DNA of 64,000 bases. Source: Fimbriimonadales bacterium (lineage in GTDB: Bacteria > Armatimonadota > Fimbriimonadia > Fimbriimonadales > ATM1). Positions 49,204 through 58,300 of the stretch are shown here, piece after piece (the stretch's first letter is position 1; each line of letters begins with the position of its first letter). The notes under the pieces were generated by a model. It ran no database searches. It was given only the letters and a program-made list of their open reading frames with translations, and was not told where the DNA came from. The stretch is taken from contig JBGTLG010000015.1 of NCBI GenBank assembly GCA_041744215.1, positions 1 to 64,000 on the forward strand. Direction: 5' to 3'. A program made the position numbers and the translations under genes.

Positions 49204-49728
49204 TCACCGCAGGCCCCCTTTTTCTTTACCTCGTCGTTTCTCCTTCAGGTACTGCTCCGCATCCGTGGGGCTAAGCACGCGAACCATCGGCTTCCCCTCT
49301 TGGATGAACCGTTCGAACTCGCGCTCGTCCAGCAAACCCTGGTTCACAAACTCCTCGAAGACCGTTCGCAGCACAGTCCCCTCGGTCGGCGGATAAGGAT
49401 AAGCGTCGATCCACAGTCCTGGCCCCTTCTTCGTTTCGTAAGCCACAGCCGCAACATACGTGTCCCCCGCAAGTTGCTCCAAATGCTCGAGCGAGGCGTC
49501 GGTCACCCACATACCTCGTAGAGTCGCGAAGCCTCGCGATTCCAAATCCGCAATACCGTCCTTTTCAGAGCCAAACTGCATAGACACGACCTGAACCCCT
49601 AGTTGTGGATTCACGTAAGTAAAGTGCGTTGAATCGCCGACGCGGCGGTACATGACGCAGCATTCGCCGTCACTCTTGAACTGCGTCACTGCTTCCGGGA
49701 ACTCAGCAAAATCGACAACAAGCGTCAT
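49204..49728 (-). CDS. Hypothetical protein
   Basis: Globular-looking ORF; start placed at MTLVVDF. Confidence 0.75.
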   Translation of the reverse strand: MTLVVDFAEFPEAVTQFKSDGECCVMYRRVGDSTHFTYVNPQLGVQVVSMQFGSEKDGIADLESRGFATLRGMWVTDASLEHLEQLAGDTYVAAVAYETKKGPGLWIDAYPYPPTEGTVLRTVFEEFVNQGLLDEREFERFIQEGKPMVRVLSPTDAEQYLKEKRRGKEKGGLR

Positions 49729-49866
49729 GGGTGCCCCCCGTGCGCGACCGTCACGTTGCCGAAGGACAAGCCGCTGGCAGATCCGGCCGCTGGCACAACT
49801 GCGTTCAAATGCATTTCTTTCAAACCACTCACGGGTTCGCCGCTCAAAGCCCGCATTCCTGCTCGG

Positions 49867-49895
49867 TTGCATTGGCATCATTAGTGCGGTACACT
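49867..49895 (+). promoter_or_regulatory. Sigma70-type promoter of the his operon
   Basis: TTGCAT-17 nt-TACACT, ending 7 nt before the leader GTG. Confidence 0.7.
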
Positions 49896-49902
49896 TACTG
49901 CC

Positions 49903-49959
49903 GTGCGAAGCAAGGTTTGGTTTATCCACCATCATCACTCGGCCGTGCGGCCGGCGTGA
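49903..49959 (+). CDS. hisL: His operon leader peptide MRSKVWFIHHHHSAVRPA
   Basis: 18 codons including four consecutive His codons, directly upstream of the terminator and hisG. Confidence 0.85.
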   Translation: MRSKVWFIHHHHSAVRPA

Positions 49960-49994
49960 TCCTTCGCTTCGTCTGAAATCTTCAACTTCAACGT

Positions 49995-50034
49995 AGCCAG
50001 CGCCGGTCGAGAAATGACCGGCGCTGGCTTTTTT
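49995..50034 (+). terminator. Attenuator terminator before hisG
   Basis: 14-bp stem AGCCAGCGCCGGTC/GACCGGCGCTGGCT plus U tract. GCCGGCG (49950-49956) can pair with CGCCGGT (50001-50007) as an antiterminator. Confidence 0.9.
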
Positions 50035-50045
50035 GGTGTCCCAAA

Positions 50046-50915
50046 GTGAAACTAAACGATTCAGTCATCAGAATGGGCCTCCCTAAGGGCCGCATGCAAG
50101 AAGGTGTCTTCCGCCTCATGGCAGAGGCAGGCATCCCTTTGACCGCGGGCGACCGAGGCTATCGGCCGTCGGTACCTCTCGACGGGTTTGAGGCAAAAGT
50201 CTTGAAACCTCAGAACGTCGTTGAGATGATCGATCTTGGTTCCCGCGATGTGGGCTTCGCTGGCGCCGACTGGGTAGCTGAACTCTCCGCGAACGTCGTT
50301 GAGTTGCTTGACACAGAACTTGACCACGTACGCCTGATCGCGGCGGCACCGCCAGGCACACTAGACAGCGACCGTACTGTGCGTGGTCAGCTAGTCGTCG
50401 CAAGCGAGTACGAACAACTGACGAAGAAGTGGATTGCACAAAGAGGCCTCGATGCGATCTACATGCGCTCATACGGCGCAACTGAAGTGTTTCCACCTGA
50501 AGACTCCGACATTATCGTCGACAATACAGCGACAGGAAGCACTCTGCGCGCGAATGGCCTTCAAGTCATCGACGAACTCATGACGTCATCAACGAGACTC
50601 TATGCAAATCCGAAAGCGCTAGCAATGCAAGCTAAGCGCGAGCCAATCGAGAGGCTCTTACTCCTGATCCGATCCGTGCTTGATGCGAGAAAGAGAGTCA
50701 TGCTCGAAGTAAACGTCTCCGCGGGCTCACTGAACAGCCTCATTGCTATTCTCCCGTGCATGCGTGAACCTACGGTATCACCATTGCATGGTGCTACCGC
50801 ATTCGCTGTGAAGTCTGCAGTGCCACGGGCAGTTCTACCCAAGCTCATTCCAATCATCAAATCAGCTGGCGGAACCGACATCGTCGTTTCCGAACTCGCG
50901 CAGATCGTTCCATAA
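50046..50915 (+). CDS. hisG: ATP phosphoribosyltransferase (long form)
   Basis: LPKGRM, YGATE, DNTATGSTLRANGL, C-terminal regulatory domain PTVSPL. Confidence 0.96.
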   Translation: MKLNDSVIRMGLPKGRMQEGVFRLMAEAGIPLTAGDRGYRPSVPLDGFEAKVLKPQNVVEMIDLGSRDVGFAGADWVAELSANVVELLDTELDHVRLIAAAPPGTLDSDRTVRGQLVVASEYEQLTKKWIAQRGLDAIYMRSYGATEVFPPEDSDIIVDNTATGSTLRANGLQVIDELMTSSTRLYANPKALAMQAKREPIERLLLLIRSVLDARKRVMLEVNVSAGSLNSLIAILPCMREPTVSPLHGATAFAVKSAVPRAVLPKLIPIIKSAGGTDIVVSELAQIVP

Positions 50916-50919
50916 AGCC

Positions 50920-51507
50920 ATGAAACCACGAAACTCAACTCACGAACGCACAACCGGCGAGACCAATGTCAGAGTCTCCGTTACGCTTGACGGATCCGGC
51001 AGCGTGGAGTGCGATACAGGAATCGGCTTTCTCGATCATCTCATCTCTTCGCTCGGGAAGCACGCTAAGTTAGACCTCACAGTTAGTTGCGACGGAGACA
51101 AGCACGTGGACGATCATCACACTGCGGAAGACTGCGCGAAAGCGATCGGAGCTGCTATTGACGCGGCGCTAGGCGATCGTGCTGGCATTGGCCGTTTTGG
51201 CAGCGCGTACGCTCCTCTTGATGAGTCACTTGCTAGAGCAGTCGTGGATCTGTCAGGGCGTGGCAACTCGTTTATCACGCTTGACCTCTTACGGGATCGC
51301 CTGGGCGAGCTTTCCTGCGAAAACATTCCTCACTTCATTGCCTCGCTTGCAGCGGCGATGCGCTCGACGATCCACGTCGACGTACTTCGCGGAGAAAACG
51401 ATCATCACAAAGCAGAAGCTGCGTTCAAAGCTCTCGCGCTCGCGATTAGAACTGCCGTTCTCCGTGATGATAGCCGCGACGTGCCGAGCACGAAGGGCGT
51501 GCTATGA
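50920..51507 (+). CDS. hisB: Imidazoleglycerol-phosphate dehydratase (monofunctional)
   Basis: TGIGFLDH, DDHHTAED, NDHHKAEA, PSTKG. Confidence 0.97.
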   Translation: MKPRNSTHERTTGETNVRVSVTLDGSGSVECDTGIGFLDHLISSLGKHAKLDLTVSCDGDKHVDDHHTAEDCAKAIGAAIDAALGDRAGIGRFGSAYAPLDESLARAVVDLSGRGNSFITLDLLRDRLGELSCENIPHFIASLAAAMRSTIHVDVLRGENDHHKAEAAFKALALAIRTAVLRDDSRDVPSTKGVL

Positions 51508-52097
51508 ATGAAGTCGTCATAGTACCGACCGGTTCAGCCAATCTCGCGTCAGTCAGAGCAGCCTTCGCGCGGCTATCCATGGCCTCACGGTTGGCACAAT
51601 CCGCCGCAGATATTGACTCTGCAGAACGTATCGTTTTGCCCGGGGTCGGTGCGTTTGGGGCGGCGATGGAGGAGCTTAGACGCCAAGGTTGGACGCGCGC
51701 TCTGAGCTCTCGGATTGAGCAAAGGAAACCGACGTTTTGCATATGCCTTGGTCTACAGCTACTCTATGCATCAAGTGATGAGTCGCCAGGCATCGAGGGG
51801 CTTTCGATGATCAAATCATTGATCAGTCGGCTTCCCAGCACAGTTGTCGTTCCGCACATGGGCTGGAACGAAGTGAAAGTGCAAGATCGAGGCGGGCTAG
51901 TTCGGAGTGGCCACGCCTACTTCGCTAACTCTTTCCGCGCGACCGACGCACCCAACGAGTGGATTGTCAGCCGTACCGACTACGGCGGAGAAATGATAGC
52001 AGCGCTTGAGATCGGCCCCGTCGTCGCGTGCCAGTTCCACCCCGAACTGTCTGGGGAATATGGTCTCACGCTGCTGGAGGATTGGCTGGCGTGTTAG
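51504..52097 (+). CDS. hisH: Imidazole glycerol phosphate synthase, amidotransferase subunit
   Basis: LPGVGAF, ICLGLQ, PHMGWN, QFHPE. Confidence 0.97.
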   Translation: MNEVVIVPTGSANLASVRAAFARLSMASRLAQSAADIDSAERIVLPGVGAFGAAMEELRRQGWTRALSSRIEQRKPTFCICLGLQLLYASSDESPGIEGLSMIKSLISRLPSTVVVPHMGWNEVKVQDRGGLVRSGHAYFANSFRATDAPNEWIVSRTDYGGEMIAALEIGPVVACQFHPELSGEYGLTLLEDWLAC

Positions 52098-52846
52098 CAA
52101 CCAGAGTTATTCCCTGCCTTGACTTCCTTGACGGACGCGTTGTGAAAGGCGTGAAGTTTCAGGGCCTCCGGGACTCGGGCGAGCCCGCACCGCTCGCAAA
52201 AAGATACGAAGCAGAGGGCGCGGATGAACTCGTTATGCTCGACGTCGCGGCAACGTCGGAAGGTCGTAAGAATGCCGCTGAAACTGTTGCGAAGGTTCGA
52301 TCCGTCCTTTCGATCCCGCTGACCGTAGGCGGCGGAGTGCGCTCTGTAGATGATGCCGCGCGTTTGATGGACGCTGGTGCCGACAAACTCGCAGCGAACA
52401 CCGCCGCAGTCGAGTGCAATTCGCTCCTCTCCGAGATCGCAGGTCGATTCGGCGCCCAGTGCGCAGTCGTCGCCATTGACGCTGCGGTTCATGATGATAG
52501 GTGGGTTGTACTTACTCGCTCAGGGACCACGGTCACTGAACTTGATGCAATCGAATGGGCCGTCAAGGCAACAGAATTGGGCGCAGGGGAGATTCTGCTA
52601 ACGAGCTGGGATCGAGACGGTACACAGTCAGGTTACGACAATGAGCTGATCTACGCGGTCGCATCTCGTGTGCGAGTTCCTGTCATTGCATCGGGCGGAG
52701 CCGCGAATCCGCAGCACATGATCGAGGCAATCAGGGCAGGGGCAAGCGCAGTGCTTGCGGCCTCCATTCTCCACACCGAACAGTTCAGCGTATCTGACAT
52801 TAAGCGCGCCATGCGCGAGGCAAACATCGAGGTGCGATTGCGATGA
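52091..52846 (+). CDS. hisF: Imidazole glycerol phosphate synthase, cyclase subunit
   Basis: RVIPCLD...VVKGVKF, GAGEILLTSWDRDGT, IASGGA. Confidence 0.97.
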   Translation: MLATRVIPCLDFLDGRVVKGVKFQGLRDSGEPAPLAKRYEAEGADELVMLDVAATSEGRKNAAETVAKVRSVLSIPLTVGGGVRSVDDAARLMDAGADKLAANTAAVECNSLLSEIAGRFGAQCAVVAIDAAVHDDRWVVLTRSGTTVTELDAIEWAVKATELGAGEILLTSWDRDGTQSGYDNELIYAVASRVRVPVIASGGAANPQHMIEAIRAGASAVLAASILHTEQFSVSDIKRAMREANIEVRLR

Positions 52847-54099
52847 TCATTCCATCCATAGACATTGTGAAAGGTAGCGCGGTTCAACTGGTCGGCGGCG
52901 TAAAGTTGGAGATCAACGCTGGAGATCCTCGACCAATCGCGTCCAAGTTTGCTCTTGCCGGGGAAATCGCAGTGGTCGATATTGATGCTGCTCTCGGCAA
53001 ACCCCCAAACACTGAAACAGTCTTGGATCTGCTCAACCTTGCAGACTGCCGCATCGGAGGAGGTCTCCGGGACATCGACACAGCGATCCGGTGGCTGGAT
53101 GCAGGCGCAACGAAAGTCGTCATTGGCACAATGGCGACGCCGGAGTTCCTTAGCGGTCTGCCCCGGGGACGGGTCATCGCCGCACTCGATGCGCGAGACG
53201 GAGAGGTTGTGGTCGAAGGATGGACGAAGAGAACTGGAAAGAAGGTACTTGATCAGATTGAGAAACTATCCCCGTACGTCAGTGGATTCCTTGTTACGCT
53301 TGTCGAACGTGAAGGCAAATTGCAAGGCTACGATCACGAGTTTGCCATTCAGATAGTGAAAGCAGCGGGCGACCGACGAGTCACGATCGCCGGCGGAGTC
53401 ACAACACCCGAAGACATCGCTGCGCTCGATCAAATCGGCGCAGATGCGCAAGTCGGAATGGCGCTCTATACAGAACAACTGTCGCTATCCGACGCGATCG
53501 TCGCGCCACTGACGAGCGACCGACCAGATGGGCTTTGGCCAACGGTCGTCGCGGATGAGGCTGGCGTTGCACTTGGCCTAGCATATTCGAGCATTGAAAG
53601 CGTTCGACAGGCTGTTGAGTCTCGGGCCGGCATCTACCACTCTCGACGCAAAGGCATATGGACCAAAGGCAGTACCAGCGGCGCCCGACAAGAGCTGCTT
53701 AGGATCGACGTCGACTGCGATCGTGATGCGCTGCGATTCACTGTAAAGCAGCATCCTCCAGGCTTTTGCCACGAAGGCACGCGCACTTGCTGGTCAGACA
53801 ACCCAGGTCTCGGCCAGCTAGATCGCACTATCGAGGACCGAATCCGAACCGCGCCAGAAGGTTCTTACACTCGCCGCCTGCTTTCTGATAGGTCGCTACT
53901 CGGCGCAAAAGTGCTTGAAGAAGCGGCGGAGCTAATCAACGCAACCTCTGCGACTGAAGCCATGGACGAGGCAGCTGATCTGCTCTACTTCGCTCTCGTG
54001 AAGGCTCGAACCCTTGGCGCAACACTCACCGACATCGAACGTGTTCTCACGAAGCGCGCCAGGAAGGTAACAAGGCGTGATGGAGGGCGCAAATTGTGA
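52843..54099 (+). CDS. Fused HisA-like isomerase, phosphoribosyl-AMP cyclohydrolase (HisI) and phosphoribosyl-ATP diphosphatase (HisE)
   Basis: HisA: IIPSID...AVQL, GGGLR, VVIGT. HisI: DCDRDAL...FCH...TCW. HisE: GSYT, KVLEEAAE, EAADLLY. Confidence 0.92.
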   Translation: MIIPSIDIVKGSAVQLVGGVKLEINAGDPRPIASKFALAGEIAVVDIDAALGKPPNTETVLDLLNLADCRIGGGLRDIDTAIRWLDAGATKVVIGTMATPEFLSGLPRGRVIAALDARDGEVVVEGWTKRTGKKVLDQIEKLSPYVSGFLVTLVEREGKLQGYDHEFAIQIVKAAGDRRVTIAGGVTTPEDIAALDQIGADAQVGMALYTEQLSLSDAIVAPLTSDRPDGLWPTVVADEAGVALGLAYSSIESVRQAVESRAGIYHSRRKGIWTKGSTSGARQELLRIDVDCDRDALRFTVKQHPPGFCHEGTRTCWSDNPGLGQLDRTIEDRIRTAPEGSYTRRLLSDRSLLGAKVLEEAAELINATSATEAMDEAADLLYFALVKARTLGATLTDIERVLTKRARKVTRRDGGRKL

Positions 54100-55331
54100 A
54101 GCGAGTTTCGATTACCGACATTGAGAAGATCCGCAAGCCCGCCTTCAGCACCGAAGCGCTCGCAGTCGCGTCAGCCATTGTAGAAGATGTGCATCAGCGC
54201 GGGGAAGCCGCTGTACGCGAGCACGCGGTGCGCCTTGGTGACATCTCGGAAGACGAGTCGCTGTTCGCGTGTCCGGAGGAGTTAGCTGCAGCGCAGGCAT
54301 CTCTTCCACCTGCCGACATCGAACTTCTCGAACGCACGAAATCTCGAATTCAGACATTTGCTGAGGCACAGCGAAACTGCATAGCTGACCTCTCCATTTC
54401 TATTCAGGGCGGGCACGCAGGCCACACGATCTTGCCGGTCGAAAGAGCAGGATGTTACGCGCCCGGGGGTAGATTCCCCCTGCCTTCCAGCCTCTTGATG
54501 ACAGCGGTAACCGCTCAAGTTGCGGGTGTTCAAGAGATCATCGTGGCTACACCAAAGCCCGCACCGGTCATGCTGGCCGCAGCTCGCGTAGCAGGTGTCG
54601 AACGAGTGCTCAAGATTGGCGGAGCACAAGCCATTGCTGCGCTTGCGTACGCTGCAGGCGAGATTCCGAAATGCGACGCGATTGTCGGGCCGGGAAACAG
54701 ATATGTGACTGCCGCGAAGCAACTCGTCGCTGGGTACGTCGCCATCGACATGCTCGCCGGACCTTCCGAACTCCTGGTGATAGCAGATGACGCCGCGAGC
54801 GCAGACGTATGCGCGGCAGATCTGCTCGCGCAAGCTGAACACGACGTGGATGCCGTTCCAATGCTCATATGCATGAGTGAACAATTCGCGATGAGAGTCG
54901 AGAAAGCGATCGACAAGCAGCTACGGAGCCTCCCCGCAGCAGACACCGCAAGGTCAGCCCTCGAAAACGGCTTCGTCTTCATAGTGCGAGACCAAACAGA
55001 GGCGGCGGGCGCGAGCAATCGCATCGCCCCAGAACATCTACACTTGAACCTCATCGACCCCGATCCATTCCTTTTCAAAAGCTACGGTTCCCTGTTCGTG
55101 GGAGCAAAATCTGCCGAGGTCTTCGGCGACTACGGGGCAGGTCCGAATCACACGTTGCCCACAGGTGGAACCGCGAGGTCCTTCTCAGGCCTGTCGGTCT
55201 TCAACTTTTTGCGAATGCCGACGTGGCTCGAGTTGGAAGACCCCGCCCTCATAGCTCGCGACGTGGCACGCCTCGCCCGACTCGAGTCACTTGAGGGCCA
55301 CGCAAGAGCCGCCGAGCAGCCCGAAAGATAG
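54096..55331 (+). CDS. hisD: Histidinol dehydrogenase
   Basis: YAPGG, GGAQAIAALAY, GPGNRYV, AGPSE, DLLAQAEHD, GPNHTLPT. Confidence 0.97.
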   Translation: MKRVSITDIEKIRKPAFSTEALAVASAIVEDVHQRGEAAVREHAVRLGDISEDESLFACPEELAAAQASLPPADIELLERTKSRIQTFAEAQRNCIADLSISIQGGHAGHTILPVERAGCYAPGGRFPLPSSLLMTAVTAQVAGVQEIIVATPKPAPVMLAAARVAGVERVLKIGGAQAIAALAYAAGEIPKCDAIVGPGNRYVTAAKQLVAGYVAIDMLAGPSELLVIADDAASADVCAADLLAQAEHDVDAVPMLICMSEQFAMRVEKAIDKQLRSLPAADTARSALENGFVFIVRDQTEAAGASNRIAPEHLHLNLIDPDPFLFKSYGSLFVGAKSAEVFGDYGAGPNHTLPTGGTARSFSGLSVFNFLRMPTWLELEDPALIARDVARLARLESLEGHARAAEQPER

Positions 55332-55369
55332 GATTCCCTCTGTCAAACGTCGAATCTCCTGGCGGACGA

Positions 55370-58300
55370 ATGCGAGTCCTATCGCTCATAGCTCTCACCA
55401 CCCTCGCTCCCGCGACGATCTTCGGCGCACGGGATTACTCGTCCACGCTCAAGGACATAAGCCTGCACCGTCTTCGCGATACCATTGACAGGATCGCAGC
55501 CGAAGGCCGACTCGGTGCGCCTTCAGCTTCTACAACCCAGTTCCTGATCGGCGCAAACGGCCTCGGCAGTCTTGGACAAGTTCACAGCGAGCGTTACCCG
55601 CTCGCAATTCCCGACCCGAACGCGACGGCAACGCTCCAACTCGGAGGATCCTCTGTACAGATATTCCCTCTCTGGCCGAACGGTGCGCGAACAAACACGT
55701 GCGAAGTGAGCGGGACGCTGATGGACGCAGGTGATGGAGCCATCGAGCGATTCGACGGAATGGACGTCCGTGGCGCAATCGTATTGATGAACTTCGACAG
55801 CGGTCAGAACTGGAGGAACGCCGCAAAGCTCGGCGCGCGGGCTGTTCTATTCCCAGAACCTGAGTTCGCTACTCGCGCCGATGGTGAAGAGAAGTGGTCG
55901 ACGCTTTCCCTGAACATGCCCAGGTTTTGGATTCCAAATGAACATAAGGAGTCTGTGCGCGCGGCGATCGGTCAAAAGGTCAGTGTCTCATCCCAACAGA
56001 AGTGGAGGCAAATCACCGCTGCGAACCACTGGGTTGTGCTGCCCGGCAACGATCCTGTACTTCGAGACGAGTACATATTGGTCTCGGCATACGCCGACTC
56101 AGTCTCCGTCGTGCCCGGTCTCGCGCCAGGTGGTGAACAGGCCGCCGGAGCAGCCGCCCTTCTTGAAATTGCAAAAGCAATCCGTAAAGCTGGCACCAAG
56201 CGCAGCGTGATCTTCCTGTTAACTACGGGGCACTTCCAAGCGATGCAAGGCATCCGGCACTTCATCGAATACAGACTTCGTGACAAATGGAAAGCGACAG
56301 GTGGTCGAACGCCGCAGTTTGCATTCATGCTTGACCTAAGTAGCAAGCACACCGGAATTGCTGCAGAGGCCTTCGGCTGGTGGGTGCAGTATCGAGCAGA
56401 AAACGTTGAAAACGAGCGCGTTGTTGCTCGGTACCTCCGCGAGCGAATGCCAGATATCTCTGCCGCGATGCGTATGCCCAGCACAGAGTTGTTCGCGGAT
56501 GCGGTCAACAATCCCGACGGCCGCCACTGGAAGAACCATGTCCCCGGCAGATTCGCAGCTGAAGCTGAGATCTGCAACCTTGCTGGCCTGAATGCGATCT
56601 CATTCGTGACCGCAGAAGACGCCCGAATGCAGCAAGACTTGCCACTCGATACACCGGATAAAGTGCACATTGGAAATCTTGCTACCCAAGCGAGAACCAT
56701 CGCGTGCTTGCTGCTCCATGCCGCAAACGATCCTACAGACGAGTCCATCCGAAATGCGCCCGTCGCTCCATATCGGGGCGGGAGTCGCATGGCTCGAATG
56801 TCACTGACATCGGGCTTTGCGACGGTAACAGGGCGAGTACTCACGTTCGATCCTCGAAAATCGTTCCTTCCGGACACTTCCGTGCCAGGTGCCATTGCGA
56901 CGATGCCTGGAAGAAACAAATCCTATATGGGCGTACGAGGTTTATCCGTAGCCTTTGCGACCGGCGACAATGCGCGCTACGCCTTCTTTGGAGTTCCAAC
57001 CGTCACGAATTACCCCGTCAACCTCCGCAAGTACGTTGGCGTCCTCGCATATGCTTTCGACGCACAGGGAGACATCTCCCTTGCTGTCGATTACATGGTC
57101 CAAGCTACGAGTGCATTCTCTTCCGAGTTCATGATGACAACGTCTCACCGAGAAACACCGGTGATAGTTTTCGAATGCCGACAGATCGATTTTTACGGCC
57201 TGACAGACCCACACTCACTAAAGCCGCTTACTGGCTTTACAATCCTTGACGCACGAAACGACGCGAGGCCTCGGCAGGGATTCTACGAAGCTGACATCAC
57301 AGAGACTCGCCTCCAGAGCGCGGTCGACGATGCCCTCGTCTACTTCACCCTGCGAGAAACACGTACAAAACTACTCGCATACGGCGTAACGGGAGACGTA
57401 CGTTTTGCGTTGACGAACAGTAGCCCAGAAAACCCAATAGGAGTCGGATTCCCCGCAAGTGAAGTCGCAGGCGAAGACCATCAGCCAGGCGCACCAGTAG
57501 TCTTCCGACACTTAGAGCTTCAAGCCGCAAGGGATCTTTACGCCATCAACGAGTGGAGGCTCGCAAGCCTCCGTAAACACAACATCGTCAATGCTGGATT
57601 AGAGCGGCTTCAAGGTCTAGCGCATGAGGAGATTGGCCGCGCTGAGGATTCCCTGGCAGCCAAGGAGTATGCGGCAAGCGAGCGCAGCGCATTCGCGGCG
57701 TGGGGATTTGCTCTTCAAGCGCACCCAAAGATTCTGGCCGAGACGAAAGACGTGCTGAATGGGCTTCTGTTCTACCTCGCACTGTTGTTGCCCTTCTCCT
57801 ACTTCGCCGAAAGACTTCTCTTTAACGCCAAGAGACTTAGTCGCCAGATACTGGGCGCATCGGGTGTCTTCCTCGTTTCATTTGGCCTGCTAAGGCTGCT
57901 GCACCCCGCATTCGAACTCACCGGCCAAACGATGATGATCTTTGTCGCGTTCACGATGGGCGCACTCAGTCTCCTCGTCACGGTCTTCGTCACTGGCAAG
58001 TTTGAAAGCGGCCTCCAAGAACTCCAAGAAGCACAGGATGGATTGCACTCCCAGAAGGCGGCACGAATCGGCATCGCAATGACAGCGCTCTCGATTGGTT
58101 TAGGCAGCATGAGGCGTCGCAAAGCGCGCACGTTACTCACCTGCGCAACACTTGTACTCGTCACTTTCATTGTGCTCAGTTTTACCAGCGTAGTCTCTGA
58201 TCTGCGGTTCAACGAAGTGGAGGCTCCGGGTTCACCGAGATATGCAGGCCTGCTGCTTAGAGACAAAACGTTTGAGCAACTCGACGACACCGCTCACCGC

